A stretch of 64,000 nucleotides of DNA from an uncultured Gemmatimonadales bacterium (GCA_963798085.1 CAWCRS010000009.1:128001-192000); one strand, 5' to 3'; positions 9,327 through 20,708 are shown, numbered from the stretch's first letter. Numbers and translations: made by a program. Notes: a model not told the origin generated them from the sequence alone.

Positions 9327-9950
9327 CTAGATCAGGTAAACGATGGTGAACAGGATGATCCAGACCAGGTCCACGAAGTGCCAGTACAGTCCCATGATCT
9401 CGACACCGCCATAGCTGTTCTTCGTGTAGCCGCCTCGCCAGGCCTTGATGAGCGTGAACCAGAGGCAGAGCACGCCGATGGTCACGTGGGTTCCGTGGAA
9501 GCCGGTCATCGTGTAGAACGTGGCACCGTAGAGCGGTCCACCCAGCACGGTCTCGCCACCATGGCGGCCAACAGCGTGATAGAGCGACGCGACCGGGACG
9601 AAGCCTTCGTGCGCCAGCTTGTAGTACTCCACACCCTGAATGCCGAGGAACAGCATGCCGATCAGAGCTGTTGCCAGCAGGTATTTCTTCAGGCCGGCCT
9701 GGTTGCCCTGCTCGATTTCGGCGAACGCCTTCACCATGGTCACGCTGCTGCAGATCAGGATGAAGGTGTTGGCGGCGGTGAGCGCCACGTTCAGCACCTG
9801 GCCCGGCCGCGCGAACTGCTCGGGGTGCGCGAAGCGCAGAATGATGTACGAGCCGATCAGCGCCGTGAAGAACATCACCTCGGACAGCAGGAACACCCAC
9901 ATGCCCAGCTTCAGGTTGTACACACCGAAGCTGGAGTGTCCGCTCTCCAT
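9327..9950 (-). CDS. ctaE: Haem-copper oxidase subunit III
   Basis: KLGMWVFLLSEVMFF, NTFILICSS, FYTMTGFHGTHV, YWHFVDLVW. True start may be about 9975 (indel). Confidence 0.95.
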   Translation of the reverse strand: MESGHSSFGVYNLKLGMWVFLLSEVMFFTALIGSYIILRFAHPEQFARPGQVLNVALTAANTFILICSSVTMVKAFAEIEQGNQAGLKKYLLATALIGMLFLGIQGVEYYKLAHEGFVPVASLYHAVGRHGGETVLGGPLYGATFYTMTGFHGTHVTIGVLCLWFTLIKAWRGGYTKNSYGGVEIMGLYWHFVDLVWIILFTIVYLI

Positions 9951-10015
9951 TGTGGCCGCGGCTGCAGTGCGTCATTTCTTCGTGGCTCCTTTGCGTGAGT
10001 GCTGTGTCGCGTCCA

Positions 10016-11814
10016 CTAGTGGCCGCGTGGGGCACGGGCTGCCCCGTCGGCGGCTGCGTCTGCACAGGAAGTCGGCTTGTCCCGGGCGAGCTGTACTCGT
10101 ACGGGCCGCGATAGACCGTGGGCATCGCGTCGCCCCAGTTGCCGTGCGGCGGCGGCGAGGGCGTGGTCCACTCGAGCGAATTGGCTTCCCACGGATTCGT
10201 GCCCGCCTTCTTCCCGGCGAACAAGCTCCAGAAGAAGTTGAACACGAAGATGAACTGCGACAGCGAACAGCAGGAACGCGCTGATGGAAATGAACACGTT
10301 CGTGGCTGCATCGGCTTCAGGAAATGTGCGGATACTGCGTCGGATCGTACAGCCGCCGCATCATGCCCGCCGATGCCGAGCGAGTGCATCGGGAAGAACG
10401 TCAGGTTGAAGAAGATGAACGTGAGCCAGAAGTGGATCTTGCCCAGCGTGTCGTTCATCATGCGGCCGAACATTTTTGGGAACCAGTAACTGATCGCGCC
10501 GAAGATGCCGAACAGGCTGCCGCCGAAGAGCACGTAGTGGATGTGCGCGACGACGAAGTAGGTGTCGTGCAGTGGAATGTCGACCGGCGCTGCGGCCATG
10601 AAGATGCCGGACAGCCCGCCGATCATGAACAGCGCCGACGAAGCCGACAGCGCGTACAGCATGGGCGCGTGGAAGCGGATGTTGCCGCCCCACATCGTGC
10701 CCAGCCAGTTGAACATCTTGATGGCCGAGGGCACGGCAATCATCAGGGTGGTCACCATGAAGAGGCCGCCGAGCAGCGGGTTCATGCCGCTGACGAACAT
10801 GTGGTGGCCCCACACGATCCAGCCGATGAAGCCAATGCCGACGATGGCGCAGACCATCGGCGTGGTAGCCGAAGATCGGCTTGCGCGCGCCGTTGGCGAT
10901 GATGTCGGAGACGAAGCCCATGCGCGGGCAGGATCAGGATGTAGACCTCGGGATGGCCGAAGAACCAGAACAGGTGCTGCCAGAGCAGCGGCTGGCCGCC
11001 GCTGGCCGGCTTGAAGAAGCCGGTGCCGAGAGTCTGATCGAAGAACTGCAGGATCAGGCCGCCCGCGAGAACCGGCACGGCCGAGCAGCATGCAGCATCG
11101 ACGTGATGAACAGCGCCCACGTCGAGAGCGGCAGCCGGAACCAGGTCAGGCCCGGCGCGCGCATGTTGATCGAGCGTGGTGATGTAGTTCACCGAGCCCA
11201 TGAGCGACGAGAAGCCCAGAGGATCAGCGAGGCAGTTCCCACAGTCTGCTGCCCGAGGTGCACGCCGCTGTACTCGGGACTGACGCTGAGCGGCGCATAC
11301 GCCGGTCCAGCCCGGCATTGGCGGCACCGCCCACGCACGAACGAAGCTGGCCAGCATCAGCAGACCGGCCGGGCAAGGCCATCCAGAACGGACACCATGT
11401 TGAGCCGCGGGAACGCCATGTCGGGCGCGCCGATCTGCAGCGGGATCAGGAAATTCGCCCACACACCCGACAAGCAGCGGCATGATGGCGAAGAACACCA
11501 TGATCGTGCCGTGCATGGTGACCAGCGCATTGTAGAACTCCGGCAGCATCACGCCACTGGTCGACCATGGTCTCGGGGAACAGCTGGCGCCGGGCAGCGG
11601 ACGCGCGCGGATTGGACGGCCACGCCAGCTGCCACCGCATGGCCATGGCAAGCAGCCCGCCCACGAGCAGGAAGAACAGGCTCATGAACAGGAACTGGAT
11701 GCCGATGACCTTGTGATCGGTGGAGAAGATGTACTTGCGCAGGAACGGCATTTCTTCGTGCTCCCCGTGAGCGCCGTGGGGCCGGGACTCCTGCGCCATT
11801 GCGGCGGTGCTCAT
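10016..11814 (-). CDS. ctaD: Cytochrome c oxidase subunit I, A1-type (multiple frameshifts)
   Basis: Fragments in several frames give [73 protein letters not shown]. Confidence 0.95.
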
Positions 11815-12615
11815 GTTGTCGACTCCTCCGGTCTCTCGGTGCTCATGGCTGGTGGCTCGTCGTGGCCACCGCTGTGGGTGTAGCGGCTGGCGGGGGCGCG
11901 GCATTGCCTGCCGCGGCCAGGCGGGCGGCCTCGCTTCTCGGCGGCGGCCGCCGCCTGCTGCTGCGCGTTCCAGGACGCGAAATCGGCGGCCGAATGCACC
12001 GTCAACGCGCCCTTCATGCGGTAGTGACCCAGGCCGCACAGCTCGGCGCAGCCGATCGCGTAATCGCCGGTTTCCGTCGCCTGGAACCAGGCCTGGATGC
12101 GCATGCCCGGCACGGCATCCTGCTTCAGCCGGAAATTCGGCAGGAAGAAGGAATGGATCACGTCCTCGGACATGAGCGTGACCTGCACGGGCACACCCAC
12201 CGGCACGTGCAGCTGGTTGCGGCGCACGAAATCATCGGGCGTGCCCAGCTGCCCGTCCGCGCCCGGATACGTCACGTTCCACTCGAACTGCTTGGCAGTG
12301 ATGATCAGCTCGAGCCCGGGCGTGGGGAAATGCGCCGGATCCTTGATCCGCAGCCAGATGGGCCGGCTCAGGATGCCGATGTACACCATGATCAGCGCGG
12401 TGGCCGTGGTCCACAGGATTTCCATGCGGCTGTTCCCGTGCGTGTACTTCGCCCGCCGGCCGGGCCGCGCGCGGTACATGATCAGGAACGCGATCAGCAA
12501 CGCCTCGACGCCGAAGAACACGACCACCACGATCCAGTTGACCAGATGGAACAGGTGGTCAATGTCGGCGCCGAACGTCGAGACATTCGTGGGGAAAGTG
12601 CCAGAAGCGATCCAT
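11811..12615 (-). CDS. ctaC: Cytochrome c oxidase subunit II (CuA), no fused cytochrome c (frameshift near N-terminus)
   Basis: HGNSRMEILWT, KQFEW, DVIHSFF, CAELCGLGHYRM CuA motif. Confidence 0.93.
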
Positions 12616-12648
12616 GTCGCGTCTCCGTTGGCCTGGGTGCCGTGAGCG

Positions 12649-13531
12649 TCAGCGCTGCGCGGGCGAGGCGGGGACCGCCGCCGCCACGTGCCCGTGCCCG
12701 CCCGTCAGGTCGTGCAGGTCGATCGACTTTCGCCTTCGGCTCGACCGTCGCCATTGATGCGTTGTAGTCGAAGTTCACGGTAACAGTACCGTCAGGCGCG
12801 ACCGTGATCTGCCTGGTCTGCTTGCCGTACTTCTCGTGCCACGCCTCGAGTGTGTAGTCGCCGGGCGGCACGTTGCCGATGCTGAAGCTGCCATCATCGC
12901 CGCTCACCGCGAAGTAGGGATCGGACACGACATTGATCCACATGTGCATCCAGCCGTGCACGTCGCACTTCACGGCGAACGTCTCGGGCGAACTGAACGA
13001 CGTCGTGGTCACCATGGTCGTGGGCTGGCCGCGATTGAACTCGCGGTTGACCGTCGACTCGGTGTGGATGTTGTGCAGGATGCCGTCGCTGTTCTTGATG
13101 TCGACGTTCTCGCCCGCCATCACGCCCAGCACGTGCGGCACATAGATGCAGCCGTTCTGATCGATCGTGGTCTTGCCCGTGGGCGGGAACGTACCGGTCA
13201 GGCCCGCCGTGATGTGAATGAACACATTCTTGAGCTTGCCGTTGTTCGCGACCACGGTCTCTTCGGTCTGCGGCGTGGTGTGCTTGTCCGCGCAGGTCTG
13301 CTCGGCGCTCATGTCGATCGTCTTCATGGCCGGTGCCGTGCCCGCGAAATTGACGACACCACTGATGGTTCCGGCATTGGCGACTGCCGCCGGCGCTGCC
13401 GCTGCACCGCCCGCCGGTGCCGCGCCACCGCCCTGCGCTCCCTGCTGTCCACCACCGCCACCACCGCACGCCGTCAGTGCGCCCGCCAGAATCACTGCCA
13501 CCGCTCCGGTGGAAATGCGTGTATCGAACAT
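12649..13531 (-). CDS. Cupredoxin-like lipoprotein with carboxypeptidase-regulatory-like domains
   Basis: Lipobox LTAC, HNIH ... CDVHGWM putative type-1 copper ligands, PPGDYTLEAWHE. The 3' end is reconstructed across an indel. Confidence 0.8.
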
Positions 13532-13560
13532 CGTGCCTCCCGTCGAGGTGGTTGGAACCG

Positions 13561-15440
13561 TCATCCCTTGCGCCCGCCCTCGCGTTCCCGTCGCTGCGCG
13601 CGGCCCACGGCGAAAAGACCGAGGCCCGCGGTCAGCAAGGTGGCGAGGAGCGGCGTCGCATACAACGTCCTGGGCGCAGGTTGGCCCAGATACACGAAAT
13701 ACCAGGTGCTGAGCGAGCCCCTCGTGCCGTGCTCGCCATTGTCGCCGTCCCATGCGAAGAAGGCCACAGGAATGGGCTGGCCGGTGGCAAAGGTCAGCGA
13801 ATTCGTGGAATCCCCGGCCTGGAGCGGGCGCTTGAACACCACGCTCCACTGTCCCTGATCGAACTTCGACTGCGACGTGAGCTTGTTGCCGGCGCCCGGC
13901 AGCAGGTCAATGCGGCCCGGTCCCTTGCCCAGGTTCTCCGTGACCTGCCCGTTCATGGCCGTGCCACCCGCGGAACGGCTCTCCCAGCGCCAGAGGTACA
14001 CGGGCTCGCGCGTGTTGCCCATGAAGAAGTACGGCCGCTCCATGCCTGTGGGAATGCGCTGGGGGAACCAGAGTGCGAGCGCGTCCGGCGCAGGCGGCGC
14101 CATGGCCACGGCCCCTGCGGCAGCGGCGGCGGCCGGGCCCGCTGCGGCAGCCGAGGCGGCGGCGTCGCCTTCCTTCGGTTCCATGATCTCGGTCACGCGG
14201 TTGCGCCACTGCGACCAGATCGTGTCCGGGCTGTTCGAGCGATCGTCCCACTCGACACGGAGGGCGAGGTCGGTGCCGTTGTGGACGGCCTGCACCCAGA
14301 GCCCGGTGACGGCCGGCGAGAACCAGCGCGGCTTGACGATGACCTGGCCCACCAGCGGGATCCAGAAGCGCTCGGCCGCGTGCCATGCAGAATCATCAGG
14401 CGACGACGGGACCTCACCTTCGATCTTCTTCGCCTCGATCACTTCCTTCGGTTGCGGGGTGCCGGCGGGGGCGAGGCTGCGCACGTAGTAGGCAATGCCC
14501 CAGAGGTCCTCATCGGACACCACCTTGGCGTCGAGCGCGTCCGAGAAGGAAGGCATGGGCGTGCCGTCGAGGCCCGTGCGCAGGCGACGATAGATGTCCT
14601 CCACCGTGCCGCCGCCATTGAAGTACCAGGGCTGTGTCAGATCGGCGGGCCGGATGGGCCAGTTGTTGGCATCCTTCTGCGTGGGCGCGGACGGACCATC
14701 GCCGCGGCCCGCCTGGCCGTGGCACTTGAAGCACTGCAGCGTCTGATAGCCCTTGCGCCCTTTCTCGATCATGTCGGCGCTGCTGCCCGGCTGCTTGCTG
14801 AACTGCACGAGCTGCGGCTTGTCCGTCTGGAAGAAGTGCGAAAACGTCTTGATGTACGGCGACCAGGTTCTGCCGCTCCTGCGACGCTGAGCGCATCCTT
14901 CCAGCCGGGCATGGCCGTGCCCGGCATGCCGTTGTCGATGACGTGCAGGATGTCGTCATCGGTGGGCAGCGAGCCGGAGGCCGTGACGCGGATCTGGTAT
15001 TGCGCCTGCACGAAATTTCGGGGACGCGGCAACATGTAGTTGGAACCGGGCCCGTTGCCCGTGCCATCCACGCCATGGCAACCCGAGCACCATTTGTCGT
15101 ACGTCGCTTTGCCCGGGGCATCCTGGGCGGTGGCGCCAGAAACCAGGAGCGCAGTTCCTAACAGCATGGTAGACAGCGCGCGAGCCCCAGCAACGTTTCT
15201 CGGGCTGGGGCTGGGGCTCGGGCTGGCAATGACACGACGATTTGCGTTCGCGGCGTGATCCTCCGGCCGGCGCGACTCCGCGCGTGCGCAAACAGCGCCT
15301 GCGAACGCTGTCCGACCAACGGTGCGCTCAGACCGTTGCGCACTGGCTGAAGAGCCGCCCCCACGCGCGGCACTGCCGCAACGCATGTCCCAGCCCCAGC
15401 CCGAGCCCCAGCCCGAGAAACGCCTCTCAAGGTTGATCAC
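13561..15440 (-). CDS. Dihaem c-type cytochrome fused to ethylbenzene-dehydrogenase-gamma-like (EB_dh/DOMON) haem-b domain, C-terminal TM anchor (frameshifted)
   Basis: CSGCH and CFKCH haem motifs each with a PG/DG-TxMP axial Met. C-terminal domain with VEWDDRS, PYFFMG, WSVVFKRPL, AFFAWDG. GTG start overlaps the upstream TGA; alternative ATG at 15167. Confidence 0.8.
15194..15422. repeat. Palindromic element with about 33-bp terminal inverted repeats (GGGCT-hexamer rich)
   Basis: CGTTTCTCGGGCTGGGGCTGGGGCTCGGGCTGG at 15194-15226 versus the reverse complement of 15390-15422 (2 mismatches). Confidence 0.75.
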
Positions 15441-16243
15441 CTGGCGCCTCCCGCGGGCGCTGCTTCTTCCCACGTGCGCGGCGACCAGCCGGTCTGCTGG
15501 TAGAGGAAGATGATGACGGACCAGATCTCGTTTTCCTCAGGAAGTCTTCCCATGCGGGCATCGCGGAATTCCAGGGTGTGCCTTCGTGCGGCAGGCCGAC
15601 GCCGCCCTTGGCGATGCGCCAGAACACGAAGCTCTCGGTGAGCTGCGCGATGGTGCCGTTGTCCTGGAAGTTCGCCGGGGTGGGGCTGAAGCCGTGCGCG
15701 AAGTGACCCGTGCCGTCGAGATGCGTCGCCGTGGCAGGGCAGGCAATTGTGGTAGTAGATCTTCTTGCCGTCCTCGTAGTGCTGCTGCATGGCGGCGGCA
15801 TCGTTGCTGCGCAGCGGATTGGTCAGCCCGGCCAGCGTCATGGTCTTGCCGTGGAACGTGATCTGGATGCGGGCGGCGCCGGGTGGATCGAGCGCAGCGA
15901 AGGCGGCGCGGATACGGACGGGCGCACGCGACCGTACGTGATCCAGCCGACCAGCACCGGGATCAGCACCAGCAGCGCGGCGCGCCGGCTTGCGCTGTTC
16001 GGGGCGCACGAGCAGCGCGTGGATCGGCTCCTTGAACGTCGCGCCAGCGCTCTCGTCCGCGCTCACGTACAGCAGCATGCCCACGAATACGATCATGAGG
16101 TACTCGAACACGACGCTCGCGGGCGCGGGAGCGCTGTGCACGCCCAGCAGTGGCGGGATGTACGGGATCCCGAATTTGATGACGAGCCAGGCCAGCACCA
16201 GGACCATGACGGCCTGCCAGAACGGGTGCCGCAGCAGTTTCAT
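15437..16243 (-). CDS. Membrane-anchored monohaem c-type cytochrome (frameshifted)
   Basis: Three N-terminal TM helices (MKLLRHPFWQ...), CLPCH, FWRIAKGG..LP.EG.PWNSAMPAW. Confidence 0.85.
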   Translation of the reverse strand: MKLLRHPFWQAVMVLVLAWLVIKFGIPYIPPLLGVHSAPAPASVVFEYLMIVFVGMLLYVSADESAGATFKEPIHALLVRPEQRKPARRAAGADPGAGRLDHVRSRAPVRIRAAFAALDPPGAARIQITFHGKTMTLAGLTNPLRSNDAAAMQQHYEDGKKIYYHNCLPCHGDASRRHGSLRARLQPHPGELPGQRHHRAAHRELRVLAHRQGRRRPAARRHTLEFRDARMGRLPEENEIWSVIIFLYQQTGWSPRTWEEAAPAGGAR

Positions 16244-16260
16244 GGCCCGAGCCTCCGCCT

Positions 16261-17064
16261 CTATTTCCTGCTCGCCAGGAACTGCACGAGCGCCTCCAGC
16301 TGCGTCGCATTGAACTGCTGGCCGAAGTTGGTGGGCATGATGCCCGCCACGGCCTCGAAGCCCTTCGTCTTGTCCGACTTCGGGTCCAGGATCTTGTGCC
16401 GGATCGCGTCCGCGTTCCGGCGCGATCCCACGTGATCGAAGTTGGGCGCGATGGTCTGCCCTTCGCTGCCCAGCTTGTGACAGGACAGGCACGTTTGCCG
16501 CCTTGATCAGCTCCATCGGATCCGTCGAGCCGCCCGCGAACGCGGCGCCCGCGGCCGCGGGACCGCCCGCCGCGGCACCCGCATCACCGCCCGCAGGCTG
16601 CGACTTCGCTACATCATCGCCGGTCACCGTGACCTCGCCGCCCTGCGACTCGAGGTACGCGATGAGCGACCAGATCTGCGGACCCGAGAGCGGCTTGCGC
16701 ATGTCCGGCATGATCGGCTGATAGCCCGGCACCACGAACGCCGCGGGCTCGGTCAGCGAATGGTACAGGTACGCCTTGCAGTCCATCGCCCGCCACACGC
16801 TTGCCGCAACGACGCCAATGGTGCCCGTGCCCGCCTCATCCGTGAGCAGGTTGGGTGCGCGCGTGCCCAGCCCATGACACGCCGTGCAGCCGCCCGCCCC
16901 TGGAAGAGCTGCTCGCCCGCAGACACCAGCTGCTCGGGCGTCACGGTACCCTCGAAGCTCAGTTCCTGCGGCACCTCCGACTGCACCTGAGGGATGGCGT
17001 TCGCCACCAGCGTATACAGTCCGAGCAGCAGTATGACGATCGCGAAGACCTTGAGATTGACCAT
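16261..17064 (-). CDS. Dihaem c-type cytochrome (frameshifted)
   Basis: N-terminal anchor MVNLKVFAIV..., reconstructed CTACH and CLSCH motifs, YLYHSLTEPAAFVVPGYQPIMP, GIMPTNFG. Confidence 0.8.
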
Positions 17065-17206
17065 GTCGCCATCCAGTCGTTCTGGCTACAGAGAGAACGG
17101 ATCGAGCGGTCTCTCGCCCGCGACGAGTTGTCGTTTCTCGACCATCGACGGGCGGACCCTCCCGGCACTCGCCCGGTGAATGCGTGATCGCGGGCGAGTG
17201 AAGAGT

Positions 17207-19017
17207 CTAGTCGCCGCCGCCGGCGCCAACGCGGCATCTCAGCGCCACCATGCGTCATGGCCGGCGTATCGCCGGCTTCTCGACCAGTCCGCCCAGCCAG
17301 AAGATGAAGGCGATGAGGCCGAGGAAGATCAGCACGCACGTGCTGATCATGGTGGCCGCGTAGCCGAGCGCCGGCGTCGCCGCCTACGGGCTCGTGTCAC
17401 GCATCACTTCGTAGACGTGCCAGTGCTGGCGGATGCCGCTGCGTGCGAAGCCCATGAGCCCCATGAGCCAGGTGAACGTGACGACGAGCACGAACAGCGC
17501 GTATTGCGAACGCGCCGGCATCTCGACCCCAGCGGATCTCGCCGCGCGACTGCGCGCCCTGCCCATCAGCACATCGATCACCGTCACCATCACGATCGTC
17601 GAGATGACCGCACCGACCTGGTAGACGCTGAAGCCGATGCGCACGATCGCGCTAGACGAAGTAGCCGTAGACGCCGTAGAAGACCACGATCAGCGGCGGC
17701 CAGCCCATGAGCGCGCCCTGGATCAATGCTGCCCGTCCTCGCCCATGCCACGACCGGCGACTTGTTGGCGCGGCGGTACATCAGGAAGCGACAGGAAGGT
17801 CGTCAGGATCATGAGGTTGACGGCGGTGTTCTTCGCGCTCATGACGCCGAGTGCGCCGAGGAACGGGTGGTGTGTGCCGCCCATCAGCGCCAGCTCCTCG
17901 CGGTTGGCGATCATCGTGTGCGGCGTGGCCCACACAATGACGCCGAGCACGAGGACGCAGCAGCATCCACTTCGTGTAGGGGACGAAGCGTTCGCCGCCG
18001 GGGATCCGGCCCAGGCCGAGCCACAGGTAGTAGTTCGCGGCCAGGAAGAGGATGCCGATGAGGAACGCCTGGATGATCCACAGCCAGCTCATGAACCCGC
18101 CCATCATCGTGATGCCCATGGACTGGTTGTAGGCGTAGATCTCGCGGCCCAGCCAGTAGCCGGCGAAGGGCAGGACGAGCAGTGCGCTGATGGCGATGAA
18201 GTTGCCGATGTAGCCCATCCAGTCGTAGTGCGCGCGCTCCTCGTCGGTCTTCGCATTGAGGAATCGGACGGCTGCGTAGCCCGGCGGCGATCGCGCCGCC
18301 GAACACGACGTTGGCGATAATGCGGTGGATGTTGATCGGCATCCACGTGGCGTTCGCAATGGCGCTCCACAGCTTGACCGCGCCCGGTGACGGGTCGGGC
18401 ACGGCCTCCGGCGGCGGGCTCATCATGTAGCTGAGCCAGCTGTCCGCAATGAACATCACCGTCGTGCCCCAGATATTCAGCAGAATGCCGAGGCACAGGT
18501 GTACGATCTTCTTTCCGCCCTTCTTGCAGCGGTCCCAGCCGTAGTAGTAGAGGTAGAGGGTGCCCGATTCGACGAAGAACAGGCCCACGTAGATCCACAT
18601 GGTCAGCGAGAAGACGGCTGTCATGTGGCTCCAGAACTTCGGATACAGCGTGGTCAGGAAGAAGAGCAGCACGGCGCCCCAGATGGCGGTGGCGCTGTAG
18701 GCGATCACCAGCAGGCGCACGAATTCCTTGGCCAGCTTGTCGTAGCGTGGCTTCCTTCGTGCCAGATGCCGATGCCCTCGACCACGACCGCGAACATGGG
18801 CACACCCAGCACGAACGCGGCGAACATGAGGTGCAGCTCGGCCGCGATCCGAGATGGCGTTGCGAGCGCCGATCACGGGGAACTCGCGATAATCGGGCGA
18901 AGCGGCCTGCGCGGCCTGTGCCGCCTGCTGCGCCAGCAGCGGATCGGCCAGGATCACGATCAGCAGCAGCACCGCGGCGCTGCCGAGGACCAGAGCGAAT
19001 GTGCGTCGATTGATCAT
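17207..19017 (-). CDS. Cytochrome bd subunit I-like ('bd-like') membrane protein (frameshifted, one in-frame TAG)
   Basis: ELHLMFAAFVLGVP, FFVESGTLY, SYMMSP, NIHRIIAN and MGFARSGIRQHWHVY correspond to CydA motifs. No Q-loop KxAAxE motif and no cydB nearby. Confidence 0.82.
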
Positions 19018-19033
19018 GCGGGACCGGCTCCGT

Positions 19034-19267
19034 TCAGTGTCGCGTGCGCCGCCAGCGCACGGCGAAGAAAGCGGCCGCCAACACAAATCCGGTCGCAACC
19101 AGCGGCGCGTCGCGCCACATCATCCAGACCGCGCCATCAGCATCGAAGATGAAGAGAAACGACAGCGCGAAGCACACGAGCGCCAGCGCCAGCGAACCGT
19201 TGCCGCGGCCCACCCGTGACGTGGCCAACCCGTCGTCGCCTGCTCCATTCCGTGTGTGTGCCTGCAT
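19034..19267 (-). CDS. Small two-TM membrane protein
   Basis: 77 aa, AGGAG RBS, two hydrophobic helices, directly upstream of the bd-like gene. Confidence 0.65.
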   Translation of the reverse strand: MQAHTRNGAGDDGLATSRVGRGNGSLALALVCFALSFLFIFDADGAVWMMWRDAPLVATGFVLAAAFFAVRWRRTRH

Positions 19268-19320
19268 ACGCTCCTGCCTGCCTTTGTGTCCGCGCCGACC
19301 CGGGCGCGTCTAACCGGGCG

Positions 19321-20708
19321 TTACTGCCTGAGGAAGAACGGCATGCGCTTCGAGAAGTCCACCGGCATTTCGCGGCGCACCGCTTCCATCACTTCAGGCG
19401 TGACTGCGGTGTAGCCGCGGTCGCGCGCGAACTGCTCAATGCGGGCACTCACCACGCCCCGCACGAAGCCGGGCACGCGCTCCAGTCTGGCTTTCGCTTC
19501 CGCCGACCACGCCATGGACGGACTCGCCGGCGCCTCGCCGTACGTGACCGCACGCGCGGGCTGCACCAGCGCTGCCGTGCCGCTCGGCTGGTACGCGCAC
19601 GACGCGTCTTCCGCCATGAAGTCGCCGGTATCGGCATAGGCGCGCGCGCGGCAGCCGCCGCACACCAGGCGATACTCACAGCGCCCGCAACGACCCCCCG
19701 GCTCTTCGCCGCGCAGCCGCGCGAACACGGGCGACCCGTGCCACACATCAGCGAACGATTGCGCGCGCAGATCCCCGGCGACCACGGGCATGTAGGGACA
19801 CGGCGTGAGCTTGCCTTCGGGCGTGATGCGGCAGTAGTGCACGCCGCACGGGCAGCGCGTGCCGTAGTTGAGCAGCGGCGATTCCGCGTCGCTCTCGTAC
19901 GCGTGGCGCATCAGCTGCGGCTGGCACTTCGAGCGCACCAGCATGCGGCCGCGATACACGCGTTCGAGCTGCGCCAGCTCACGCAGCACCGCTTCGTTTT
20001 CTTCCGGCTCGAGTCCGTGCATGGCTTCGCCACGACCGGTCGCGACCAGGAAGTAGACGTTGAACGAGACCGCGCCGCGCTCCGCCGCCCACGCGGCCAG
20101 GGCGCCGATCTCATGGCGGTTCCCGCGTGTGAGCGAGGTCTGCAGCACGAAGTCGAGCTGCTCTTCCGCGAGCCGGTCGATGGCAGCAAGGTGTCGCGCA
20201 GCGCGCCGCCGCCGTGGCGGAAGCGATCGTGGTAGCGCTCGTCCAGCGAATCAATGCTGACGGCCACACCTGTGACCCCTGCCTGCCGGAGCGAACGGAT
20301 GCGCTCGCTTGTGAGGCGAGTCCCGTTCGTGCCCACCACCACGGTGGCGCATTGCCTGCTCGCGTGCGCCGCAATGGTCTCGAGATCGTCGCGCAGCAGC
20401 GGCTCGCCGCCCGAAAGGATGAAGAGCGGCGCGGGTGTGAGCGCCAGGATTTCGTCCGCAATGCGCAGGCACTCGCGGGTCTGCAGTTCGCCATCCGTGG
20501 CGTGCCATGAGCCTGCCGCAATGTAGCAGTGCGCGCAGGCGAGGTTGCAGCGTCTGGTGAGGTTCCAGGCGACGACGTGCGGCAGGAATTCCGTCGGCTC
20601 GCCGGTGGTCTGCAAGGCCGGCGCGTCGCGTGTCGCCGTGGCGGACGTGCCGAAGCCGAGGCGGGCGTCCGCACTCGCGGCGGGCAGCACGGGCAAGCCC
20701 GGCTTCAT
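19321..20708 (-). CDS. Radical SAM/SPASM protein, AhbD/AhbC/NirJ-like, with C-terminal PCP_red-like domain (frameshift about 20185)
   Basis: WNLTRRCNLACAHC, SGGEPLLR, SPASM cysteines (CPCG..YC...G...PCPY; CGRC...VCGGCRARA), tail WSAEAKARLERVPGFVRG. Confidence 0.88.

Noticed and set aside
17652..17654. In-frame TAG in the bd-like gene as pyrrolysine or readthrough
   Set aside because: There are no pyl genes and the gene is full of other errors, so a base-call error (e.g. GAG) is more parsimonious.
17207..19017. Canonical cydAB quinol oxidase call
   Set aside because: There is no cydB, no Q-loop motif and an altered C-terminal motif, so the symbol cydA was not assigned.
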